Source: a virus
Reading direction: 5' to 3' (one strand)
IMG/VR virus record: IMGVR_UViG_3300045971_000895
Span: 64,001 to 128,000 of that record
Length of the DNA: 64,000 bases
The notes under the pieces were generated by a model. It did no database searches and had not been told where the DNA came from. It was given only the letters and a program-made list of their open reading frames with translations. Positions 52,869 through 61,723 of the stretch are shown piece by piece. Each line of letters begins with the position of its first letter. Position 1 is the first letter of the stretch. The position numbers were made by a program, and so were the translations under genes.

Positions 52869-53353
52869 GCGCTAGGATCCTCTAGTCGCTGCTTGAGCCT
52901 GGCCTCCTCCTGTTTCTCTTCCTCCATCTCTTCCAGGGACTCCTGGGCCATCTCCATCGCCAGCTGGCTGATGGTCTCGTACCACTCGTCGGGGCAGTAG
53001 GTCTCCGCGTACCACTCGACCATGCAGCGCCCTTCATGGAAGCGGAAGGTGTTCATCTCATCGGCGCACCGAGGATCATCGACGACGGCGGCTAGCCCCG
53101 TCTGCTGGTTGATTCCGCTCATCCCGATGTAGAGCTCGACCGCCTGCTCTTCCGGCATGATGACTCCGCCGCAGTGGTCACACTCCAGCTGCTCGACAGC
53201 AGGCTGGCGGGACAGCTCGGGCCGTGGGGGAGGGTGGCACGGCGCCGGCGGTGGCGGAAGGTAAGCAGAAGGCGGGTAGTACGGTGCTGGGGCAGAAGGC
53301 AGGGGTGCTGGTTGTCCTGCTGCCCTTGGGTAGAACGGCGGAGGGTTAGCCAT
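52865..53353 (-). CDS. protein with Pro-rich N-terminus and acidic C-terminus (162 aa)
   Basis: PPFYPRAAGQPAPLPSAPAPYYPP... then a CDHCGG motif. Confidence 0.4.
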   Translation of the reverse strand: MANPPPFYPRAAGQPAPLPSAPAPYYPPSAYLPPPPAPCHPPPRPELSRQPAVEQLECDHCGGVIMPEEQAVELYIGMSGINQQTGLAAVVDDPRCADEMNTFRFHEGRCMVEWYAETYCPDEWYETISQLAMEMAQESLEEMEEEKQEEARLKQRLEDPSA

Positions 53354-53404
53354 GTGCCTCCGCGAGTAGGGCAGGGAACCAGACCCTGCGACTCGGCTTG
53401 CTCA

Positions 53405-53890
53405 TCAGCGTGCTCTCCGTAGAACGAGTTGAAGGAGTGAGGAGCCTCGACCACAAGACATGCAGCCAGGGAGCAGGCGCTTGTCTGGGTCGTAGTCCTC
53501 GTCACCTGGGTCCAGAGACGGGTCTCGGCCAGCGTGGTAGAAGCCTGCGATGTTGCGCTCCACTTTGGGGTTGTCCTTCTCGTGCCTCCAGGACTCATTG
53601 AGGCAGATGAAGCACTCCCAGCTGGGGGTCCAACCTTTGCTTTCCTCTCCAGCGATCCACTGCTGAAGGAGCTCACAGCTCAAGCAATCGAAGGCCTGTC
53701 CGCACAGCATTTCTTGGAAGACTCGATGCTCTTCGAGGTACAGCGGGTTGCCTTCTGCATCCACCTCCACCTGTTCGTTCTCCTGGAGGAGTGCACGACC
53801 TCCCACGATAGGAAGACCGAGCGCTGTGAACTGCCCTCCATTGGAACGGAAGTAGAGAGGGCAGGCCGCTGTCTTGGTGGGGTGGTCCAT
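53405..53890 (-). CDS. Cys-rich protein (161 aa)
   Basis: Multiple C..C pairs (CGQAFDCLSC, CFIC, CMSC). Confidence 0.4.
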   Translation of the reverse strand: MDHPTKTAACPLYFRSNGGQFTALGLPIVGGRALLQENEQVEVDAEGNPLYLEEHRVFQEMLCGQAFDCLSCELLQQWIAGEESKGWTPSWECFICLNESWRHEKDNPKVERNIAGFYHAGRDPSLDPGDEDYDPDKRLLPGCMSCGRGSSLLQLVLRRAR

Positions 53891-53891
53891 A

Positions 53892-54002
53892 CTAGGCCGG
53901 GATGCCCAGCCTCGAGGCGATGAGGTTCAGGATCGCCTGCGTGACGCGCTGGATGAGCATGCTGAAGATTCGGCCGAAGAACGTAAACACGAAGAGACGC
54001 AT
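53892..54002 (-). CDS. 36-aa hydrophobic peptide (MRLFVFTFFGRIFSMLIQRVTQAILNLIASRLGIPA)
   Basis: RBS AAGAGGA 9 nt upstream. Not in the ORF track. Confidence 0.3.
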   Translation of the reverse strand: MRLFVFTFFGRIFSMLIQRVTQAILNLIASRLGIPA

Positions 54003-54312
54003 GAGGAAGAATCCTCTTCAGATACGGGGTTGGGTGTGGGTTGCTTGGGGGGAAACATCTTGCCGAGAAGTGCGTCCTGCTTCTCGTCTTCCCACAACGA
54101 CGACTGCGTCGGAAGCATCGCACCTCCTTTCGGGCGTGAGAGACTAACATCTACTCCGACAACTCCTTATCCCTAGAGTTCTGGGCATTTCGTTTGACGT
54201 ATCGAACGCTTGGCCGCTATCCTCGAAGCAACTAGAGGCCGCGAAGACCTCGCATGCGTCGAGGTAGCGTACTCTGGAGCTACGTCAGCTCCCTTTCGCG
54301 AAGGGCAGACCC
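54003..54312. promoter_or_regulatory. ~300-nt ORF-poor leader/divergent promoter region upstream of the RNAP gene
   Basis: Lower GC. Short hairpins (ACCTCG-catgcgt-CGAGGT, GGAGCT-acgtc-AGCTCC). Candidate TTGACG-N17-CTATCC element. Confidence 0.3.
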
Positions 54313-57300
54313 TTGGACGAGAACATCCAGCCTGAGCAGGCCTTCGAGTCGCTCAAGAAGAACACGCTCGAAGCCATCAAGTCCTACTTCCCAGACGGCA
54401 AGTACGCTGGCAGGAAGCAAAGCATCCACCTCACCAACCTGCGCGTCGAGGACAACCTCAAGTCCGACGACGTCTCTTCGCAGACCGAGGTGAAGGACAA
54501 GGACGGAACCTGGGGCGTCCCCATCAAGGCCGACATGAAGCTCGTGGACAACACCACGGGCAAGGTGATCGACGAGACGAAGGGCTCCATCCTCGCCCGG
54601 CTCCCCAAGCTGACCAACCGCTACAGCTACATCGTCAACGGCAGCGAGTACCAGGTCGACCACCTGTTCCGCCTGAAGAGCGGCATCTACGCCCGGGTGC
54701 AGGACAACGGTGAGCTCGAGTCGGAGTTCAACCTGGCGAAGGGTGGTCGCCCCTTCTCGGTCCACCTCGACCCCGTGAAGCGCAAGCTGTCGATGAAGTA
54801 CGGCAACTCCCACATCCCGCTCTACCCGATCATGAAGAGCCTCGGGGTGGCGGACGACGACATCGAGAAGAGCTGGGGCAAGGCACTCTTCGAGGCCAAC
54901 AAGCCGAAGACCGACGAGAAGTTCAATGGCTCTCTCGCCAAGCTCGTGAAGCTGGTCTCCGAGGAGCCTGTACCTGCTGACCTCTCCCCCGACGACCTGC
55001 ACAAGCACGTCAACTCCTTCTTCAACCAGCTCTCCGTCCGCCCCGACACCACGAAGCTCACGCTCGGGGAAGCGCACGAGGCGGTGACCGGGAAGACCCT
55101 GCTCCAGGCGGCGCACAAGCTGCTCGGTGTCTCTCGCGGCACGCACCAGCCCGACGACCGCGACAGCCTCGCCTTCAAGGAGACTGCCAGCATCGAGGAC
55201 TTCATCCCCGAGAAGATCCTCCGCGCCGGCGCGCGTACCATCCGGCCCAGGCTTCGCCAGACCATCGACCAGAAGCAGTCGGTCCGAGACATCGTCGCCT
55301 CCAACCTCTTCGGCCGCCCGGTGGGCGAGTTCTTCACGAAGGGCGGCTCGGTGGCGGAACGGTCCGAGCAGACCAACCCCATCCAGATGCTCTCAGCCCA
55401 CCGCAAGACCACGCTCATGTCGCGGGACTTCGGCGGCATCAAGAGCGAGAACTCCCTCACCGAGGGGATGCAGACCATCAACCAGAGCCACTTCGGCTTC
55501 CTGGACCCGATGCACACGCCGGAAGGCGAGAAGATCGGCATCACCCTCCACCTCGCTTCCCACGTCCGGAAGAACGGGAAGGACCTCGAGATCCCCGTCT
55601 TCGACACTCACACAGGGAAGTCCACCTGGGTGAACGCCGTCGACTTCCACGGGGCAGATGCCGTGCTCCCGGACCAGGTGACCTGGGTCGACGGCAAGCC
55701 CAAGCCCATCTCCGCCACGGTCCGCACCAAGACCTCTGGCGGCGACATCGTCAACAAGCCCTTCAAGGACTCGCGCTACGTCATGCCCTCCACCAAGGGC
55801 ATGTGGAACTACGCCTCCAACCTCGTCCCCTTCCTGTCGGCCGACAACGGCAACCGCATCATGATGGCCGACAAGCAGATGGAGCAGGCCATCGGCCTGA
55901 AGCACCGAGAGGTGCCGCTGGTTCAGTCGAAGACGGACCATGGCGATCCCGAGCACACCTTCGAGAAGCTCTTGGGGCACTTCATCGCCTCCCGTGCGCC
56001 CGCCGCGGGGAAGGTCTCGTCCATCAAGGGAGACGTCGTTCACATCGCTGGAGACGACGGCAAGAAGCATGAGGTCCACCTCTACAACAACTTCCCCCTG
56101 AACGATGCGAAGGGGATGCTGCACTCGGACCTGACCGTGAAGGTCGGCGACAAGGTTCGCAAGGGCCAGGTGGTAGCCGACAACAACTTCACCAAGGACG
56201 GCAGCCTCGCCATCGGTACCAACCTGCGGGTCGGCTACATCCCGTACAAGGGCTACAACTTCGAGGACGGCATCGTCATCTCGGAGAGCGCGGCGAAGAA
56301 ACTGACCTCCGAGCACCTGCACAAGAAGATCGTCGAGATCGACCCCGACAACGACCACATCGGCAAGGCGAAGTACCAGGCGTGGGCCATCTCGGAGTCG
56401 CAGGCCATGCCCAAGGCGTACCTCGACGCCCTCGAGGACAACGGCGTCGTGAAGGTCGGCACCAAGGTGAAGCCAGGCCAGGTGCTCGTCGCCGCCATCG
56501 GGAAGAACGACACCAAGAAGGCGTCGCTCATGTCGGCCTACGGCAACAAGCGCGCCTTCAAGCCGGTGAAGAACAAGTCGATGGTCTGGGACGAGGACCA
56601 CGAGGGAACCGTCACCAAGGTGGTGCACGACCCGCAGGGCCGCGGCGTGCGCGTCTACGTCCGCACCGACGAGCCCGTCGTCATCGGCGACAAGCTCACC
56701 GGCCGGCACGGCAACAAGGGCATCGTCTCGCTGATCCTGCCTGACCACGAGATGCCCTTCACGAAGAACGCCAAGGGGGAGCGGGAGTCGCTGCACGTCC
56801 TCCTCAATCCGTCAGGCATCCCCTCCCGCATCAACCCCGGCCAGATGCTGGAGACTGCCGCAGGGAAGATCGCCGAGAAGACGGGCAAGCCCTACATCGT
56901 CGACAACTTCGGTGACGCCCACTCCGACCACCGCACCAAGCTGGAGAAGGAGCTGAAGGCTCACGGGATCACGGACGAGGAGACTGTCTACGACCCGAGC
57001 GATACTCGCCGCGCCCTCGGCTCCGTGCTGGTCGGTCCTCAGTACGTCCTGAAGCTGAAGCACCAGGTGGAGAAGAAGGTCTCGGCTCGAGGCGGAGGGA
57101 CGGACGTCAACGGGCGGAAGCTCGCCGTCGACACCGACCAGCAGCCGGTGAAGGGCGGCGAGCACGGCGGTCAGGGCTTCGGCGCTCTCGAGATGTACTC
57201 GCTGCTCGGCCACAACGCCCGGCACAACATCCGGGAGATGTCGACCTACAAGAGCGACAACCAGGACATGCTCTTCTGGAACATGATCCAGAACGGGCAC

Positions 57301-60300
57301 GAGCCGCCGCCCCCCACTGTCCCCTTCAGCTACCGGAAGTTCGAGGGCCTGCTCCGTGGGCTTGGCGTCAACGTGACGAAGGACGGGACCTCCGTCCGCA
57401 TCCATCCCATCACCAACAAGGAAGTCCTGCGCCTCACCGGGAACCGGGAACTGAAGGACGCAGCGAAGACCCTCCGCTCCAAGGACCTGAAGCCTGTCCC
57501 GGGCGGCCTCTTCGATGAGCAGCTCACCGGTGGCCTCGACGGCGACAAGTGGTCCCACATCAAGCTCGACGAGCCGGTACCCAACCCCATCTTCTGTGGC
57601 GGCGGCAACCAGCCCGGACCTGTGCCTGTTCTCCTCGGCCTCAAGATGAAGGAGTTCGAGGACGTCATGGCGGGGAAGCACTCGATCGGAGGGCTGACCG
57701 GTGGCGCAGCCGTCGAGGCGGCCCTCAAGAAGGTCGACGTCCACAAGGAAGTCGACGCCTTGAAGAGAGCCCTGCCAGGGCTGCGCGCCGACGAGCTGGA
57801 CCGGGCCAACAAGAAGCTCAAGTACCTGCTCGCGCTGAAGGACTTGGACCTCAAGCCCCACGACGCCTACATGATGCACTACGTTCCGGTGGTGCCTCCG
57901 AAGTTCCGTCCGGCCTCGGCCACCCCCTCGGGCGACGTGAACTACTCCCCGCTCAACGGGCACTACAAGAACATCAGCCTCATCAACGAGCACCTCCGCA
58001 ACTTCGACTCGGCCCACTTCGACGACAAGCACAAGCAGCCGCTCCGCACCCAGCTCTGGGACGCCATGAAGGCGCTCCAGGCGGTGGGCACTCATCGAGA
58101 GGTCTACGACACGGACCAGAGCGGCGACCGAGCCCTGAAGGGCATCCTCGACATCATCGGCGGCAAGCCAGGAGTGGAGCAGCCGAAGGAGGGCTACTTC
58201 CAGTCGAAGCTGGTGAAGCGCCGGCAGAACCTCTCTGTCCGCTCGACCATCGTCCCTGAACCGAAGTTGGGCATCGACGAGGTCGGTCTCCCCAAGGGCG
58301 CGGCGATGGAGATGTACAAGCCCTACGTCGTGGCCCAGCTCCAGAAGTGGAACTTCCACCCGCTGGCGGCGCAGGACGAGATCAAGAAGATGACCCCCAT
58401 CGCCTTCCGCGCGCTGGAGAAGGTCGTGGTGGATCGTCCTCTGCTCTTGAAGCGTGATCCGGTGCTGCACAAGTTCGGAGTCATGGCCTTCAAGCCGAAG
58501 CTGGTGGAGGGCAAGGCCATCCAGATCCACCCGCTGGTCTGCGGTGGCTTCAACGCCGACTTCGACGGAGACACGATGGCCGGCACCATCCCCATGTCCA
58601 GAGAGGCCGTGGAGGAAGCGAAGAAGCTCTTCCCTTCCAACAACCTCTTCAGCCCCACCAACTACGGGGCGATGTACCTGCCGGCCAACGAGGCCCTGCT
58701 GGGGCTCCACCTCCTCTCGAAGTGGGGCAAGAAGACAGGCAAGACGTTCGCCAACACGACCGAACTCAACAAGGCCGTGGACGAAGGCCATGCAGATGTC
58801 ACGGACGTCGTCCACCTGAAGGGCATGAAGGAGCCCACCACGCTGGGCCGGCTACTCCTCGAGTCGCGCCTCCCTCGTGGCTACTCCCAGAACTCGAAGG
58901 TCCTCCACAACAGCGAGTTCGAGTTCTCGAAGAGAGAGCTGAAGAAGATGGCCCCGGAGATCGCCAACAAGCACCGGGACCACTACGCCAACACCGTCGA
59001 CTCCCTGAAGAACCTCGGCAACGAGTGGTCCTACAAGCTGGGCTTCTCCATCGGCCTCAAGGATCTGAAGACCATCCCCCAGCGTGACGCCATCATCGGC
59101 AGGGCCGAGAAGAAGGTGCATGAGCTGTCGAGCAAGGGAGAGGCCCACGACGCCGACGTCATCCGCATCTACCAGGGAGCCACGGGAGAGATCGAGGAAG
59201 CCCAGAAACTCCTACACGGCGGGCCGACGCAGGGAGACCACCGCCTTGCCCAGATGGTCTTCTCCGGTGCTCGAGGTGATGCTTCCCAGCTTCGCCAGAT
59301 GATCGCAGCCCCCATGCTGGTGGAGAGTTCCTCCGGCAAGGTGGTGCCCTACCCGCTCAAGCGCTCCTTCGCAGAGGGTCTCGACATCGGGGACTTCTGG
59401 ATGTACCAGCACGGCGCCCGCAAGGGCATGATCCAGAAGGGCCGCGGCACAGCAGACCCTGGCGCCATCACCAAGGACATCATCAACGCCTCCATGTCGA
59501 CCCTCATCGTCTCTCCGGACTGCGGGACGAAGGAAGGTGTTCACATGAAGGTCAACGACGAGGACATCCACGACCGCTACTTGGCGGCTCCCTACAAGCT
59601 GAAGGACGGCACCCACATCAAGGCTGGAGAACTTCTCACGCCTGCCGTGCTCTCTCGGCTCAAGAACTCGAAGATCGAGACGGTCTCCGTCCGCAGCGCG
59701 TTGAAGTGCGCTCACGGAGATGGGATGTGCGCGAAGTGCTTCGGCCTGAATGAGTCCGGAGTTCTCCACAGCAACGGGACCAACATCGGCATCCTGGCCA
59801 GCCAGGCCATGGGAGAGCCGTCGACCCAGCTCTCGATGCGGGCCTTCCACACGGGCGGCGTCGCCGGGTCAGCGGCCGGCAAGTCGATGGACGCCATCAC
59901 CCGTCTCCGCAACCTCCTCGAGATGCCGAAGCGGATCCGGGATGAGGCCACGGTGTCGATGGCGACCGGCAAGGTCAGCGCGGTCCGCAAGGACCCAGCC
60001 GGCGGCGCCGACATCATCGTCACCAGCTACCACAACGACCAGCCGGTGGAGACGAAGCACTACATCCCCCGGCACCTCATCAACGAGGACATCAAGGTGG
60101 GGTCGCAGGTGAAGAGGGGCGACAAGCTCTCTGGTGGGTTCGTCAACCCGCACCGGCTCCTCGAGTCGACGAAGAGCATCCACGCCGTGCAGAACTACCT
60201 GACCGATGAACTCCACGATGGGCTGTTCAAGGGGCTCGGGGTGCGACGCAGGAACATCGAGGTGGCGGTTCGCAACATCACCAACCTGACCAAGGTGAAG

Positions 60301-60624
60301 GACCCGGGCCACTCGGAGTGGCTGCCAGGGGACATCCTTCCTCGCTCCGTGGTCGAGGAGCACAACAGGACGAAGGGGGAGAAGGAAGCCCCCGTCATCC
60401 ACGAGCCGGTGCTCAAGGGCGTCGGAGAGATCCCTCGCAACATCACCACCGACTGGATGGCCAGGCTCAACTACCAGAACCTCCACTCGACGGTTCGTGG
60501 TGCGGCCGCCATGGCCCAGAAGTCCAACATTCACGGGAGCCATCCCATCCCCGGGCTGGCGTATGGTGCGGAGTTTGGTAGGCCACCCGCTGACCTGAAG
60601 TCCAAGAAGCCGCACGTGTACTAG
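54313..60624 (+). CDS. single-polypeptide multisubunit-type RNA polymerase, fused beta and beta-prime (2103 aa)
   Basis: Beta blocks: PMHTPEGEKIGITLHLA, LTGRHGNKGIVS, GGEHGGQGFGALEMYSL. Beta-prime blocks: catalytic NADFDGD, bridge-helix-like GARKGMIQKGRGTADPGAITKD, trigger-loop-like AMGEPSTQLSMRAFHTGGVAG. TTG start at 54313. Confidence 0.8.
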   Translation: MDENIQPEQAFESLKKNTLEAIKSYFPDGKYAGRKQSIHLTNLRVEDNLKSDDVSSQTEVKDKDGTWGVPIKADMKLVDNTTGKVIDETKGSILARLPKLTNRYSYIVNGSEYQVDHLFRLKSGIYARVQDNGELESEFNLAKGGRPFSVHLDPVKRKLSMKYGNSHIPLYPIMKSLGVADDDIEKSWGKALFEANKPKTDEKFNGSLAKLVKLVSEEPVPADLSPDDLHKHVNSFFNQLSVRPDTTKLTLGEAHEAVTGKTLLQAAHKLLGVSRGTHQPDDRDSLAFKETASIEDFIPEKILRAGARTIRPRLRQTIDQKQSVRDIVASNLFGRPVGEFFTKGGSVAERSEQTNPIQMLSAHRKTTLMSRDFGGIKSENSLTEGMQTINQSHFGFLDPMHTPEGEKIGITLHLASHVRKNGKDLEIPVFDTHTGKSTWVNAVDFHGADAVLPDQVTWVDGKPKPISATVRTKTSGGDIVNKPFKDSRYVMPSTKGMWNYASNLVPFLSADNGNRIMMADKQMEQAIGLKHREVPLVQSKTDHGDPEHTFEKLLGHFIASRAPAAGKVSSIKGDVVHIAGDDGKKHEVHLYNNFPLNDAKGMLHSDLTVKVGDKVRKGQVVADNNFTKDGSLAIGTNLRVGYIPYKGYNFEDGIVISESAAKKLTSEHLHKKIVEIDPDNDHIGKAKYQAWAISESQAMPKAYLDALEDNGVVKVGTKVKPGQVLVAAIGKNDTKKASLMSAYGNKRAFKPVKNKSMVWDEDHEGTVTKVVHDPQGRGVRVYVRTDEPVVIGDKLTGRHGNKGIVSLILPDHEMPFTKNAKGERESLHVLLNPSGIPSRINPGQMLETAAGKIAEKTGKPYIVDNFGDAHSDHRTKLEKELKAHGITDEETVYDPSDTRRALGSVLVGPQYVLKLKHQVEKKVSARGGGTDVNGRKLAVDTDQQPVKGGEHGGQGFGALEMYSLLGHNARHNIREMSTYKSDNQDMLFWNMIQNGHEPPPPTVPFSYRKFEGLLRGLGVNVTKDGTSVRIHPITNKEVLRLTGNRELKDAAKTLRSKDLKPVPGGLFDEQLTGGLDGDKWSHIKLDEPVPNPIFCGGGNQPGPVPVLLGLKMKEFEDVMAGKHSIGGLTGGAAVEAALKKVDVHKEVDALKRALPGLRADELDRANKKLKYLLALKDLDLKPHDAYMMHYVPVVPPKFRPASATPSGDVNYSPLNGHYKNISLINEHLRNFDSAHFDDKHKQPLRTQLWDAMKALQAVGTHREVYDTDQSGDRALKGILDIIGGKPGVEQPKEGYFQSKLVKRRQNLSVRSTIVPEPKLGIDEVGLPKGAAMEMYKPYVVAQLQKWNFHPLAAQDEIKKMTPIAFRALEKVVVDRPLLLKRDPVLHKFGVMAFKPKLVEGKAIQIHPLVCGGFNADFDGDTMAGTIPMSREAVEEAKKLFPSNNLFSPTNYGAMYLPANEALLGLHLLSKWGKKTGKTFANTTELNKAVDEGHADVTDVVHLKGMKEPTTLGRLLLESRLPRGYSQNSKVLHNSEFEFSKRELKKMAPEIANKHRDHYANTVDSLKNLGNEWSYKLGFSIGLKDLKTIPQRDAIIGRAEKKVHELSSKGEAHDADVIRIYQGATGEIEEAQKLLHGGPTQGDHRLAQMVFSGARGDASQLRQMIAAPMLVESSSGKVVPYPLKRSFAEGLDIGDFWMYQHGARKGMIQKGRGTADPGAITKDIINASMSTLIVSPDCGTKEGVHMKVNDEDIHDRYLAAPYKLKDGTHIKAGELLTPAVLSRLKNSKIETVSVRSALKCAHGDGMCAKCFGLNESGVLHSNGTNIGILASQAMGEPSTQLSMRAFHTGGVAGSAAGKSMDAITRLRNLLEMPKRIRDEATVSMATGKVSAVRKDPAGGADIIVTSYHNDQPVETKHYIPRHLINEDIKVGSQVKRGDKLSGGFVNPHRLLESTKSIHAVQNYLTDELHDGLFKGLGVRRRNIEVAVRNITNLTKVKDPGHSEWLPGDILPRSVVEEHNRTKGEKEAPVIHEPVLKGVGEIPRNITTDWMARLNYQNLHSTVRGAAAMAQKSNIHGSHPIPGLAYGAEFGRPPADLKSKKPHVY

Positions 60625-60626
60625 CC

Positions 60627-61712
60627 ATGTCACTCTTCCGCCGGCAGCTCGATGCAGCCACCGTACAGCGGGCGCGCGTGCTCGACGTGAACGTTACCAA
60701 CTACACCCTCGTGGTGCAGACGGAGCTGACGCAGAAGACGCTGGCTTGGGTCTCTTGGTCATCCCCCTACATGCACCCCCACAACGGCGAGGGGGTCTAC
60801 TGCATGCCCGAGGTGGGGTCCCTCTGCTGGCTCATGGAGCCGTCGGATGGTGGGATGCCTTTCGTGGTGGGCTGGACGTCCCTGCCTGGGAAGGACCGCA
60901 GCCACCGCAACCGACGACTCGACCTCAACCCGGGGGACATCTACCTCGGTACCCGAGACGAGAACCACATCCTCCTGCGCCGCGGCGGTGTGGTAGAGAT
61001 CGGGGCCACGCCTCTGGCCCAGCGTCTCTTCCTCCCGATCAACAACATGATCAAGGACCTCTGTGCCAACTACTCCCTCCAGACGTTGGGCGGAGAGCTG
61101 AAGTGGACGGTCGGCATCCCGGAGGACAACTCCTACGGGGACAAGCAGACGACCTTCACCATCAACGCCAAGGAGAAGGCCACGGATGCCGAACATGTGG
61201 CCACGGTCCAAATCGGTTCCCACAAGGGTGACGATGCCACTATCCTGAGTCTGGTTCTCCGTGCGTCAGGAGAGAAGGGCGCAGTCGCCAATCTCACGGT
61301 CACGGGGAAGAAGTCCGGAGACTTGGACCTGACATCCAAGGGCGCCATCACCTGGAAGGTGACGGGAGATGTGAAGGTGGATGCTCAGAACATCACGCTC
61401 ACCGCCAAGCAGAAGGCGTCTCTCGTCGGCACGCTGGTCGCCGAGATGACGGGCGGTCTCGTGAACATCATCTCCAAGACCGGGGCTGTGGCTGTTGCGG
61501 CCGCCGGCGGGATGGTGGTCTCAACGTCTGGGCCCGGCCCGGCTCTCGTTGTAGGGGCCGGTACTCCAGAGCCGGTGATGCTGGGGACCTCGGACCTCAT
61601 CAAGTGGCTCACGACGCATGTGCACATCCAGAATCCGCCCGGTAGCATCACCACCGGCACGCCGCCTGAGCCCCCGCCCGCCAAGGCAGCCAAGAACCTG
61701 AAGGCATCGTAG
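60627..61712 (+). CDS. baseplate central spike, gpV/VgrG/gp5-like (OB-fold plus beta-helix)
   Basis: N-terminal YCMPEVGSLCWLMEPSDGGMPFVVGW resembles the gpV OB domain. C-terminal repeats KVTGDVKVDAQNITLTAKQKASLVG. Confidence 0.45.
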   Translation: MSLFRRQLDAATVQRARVLDVNVTNYTLVVQTELTQKTLAWVSWSSPYMHPHNGEGVYCMPEVGSLCWLMEPSDGGMPFVVGWTSLPGKDRSHRNRRLDLNPGDIYLGTRDENHILLRRGGVVEIGATPLAQRLFLPINNMIKDLCANYSLQTLGGELKWTVGIPEDNSYGDKQTTFTINAKEKATDAEHVATVQIGSHKGDDATILSLVLRASGEKGAVANLTVTGKKSGDLDLTSKGAITWKVTGDVKVDAQNITLTAKQKASLVGTLVAEMTGGLVNIISKTGAVAVAAAGGMVVSTSGPGPALVVGAGTPEPVMLGTSDLIKWLTTHVHIQNPPGSITTGTPPEPPPAKAAKNLKAS

Positions 61713-61723
61713 GAGAGGACAAC

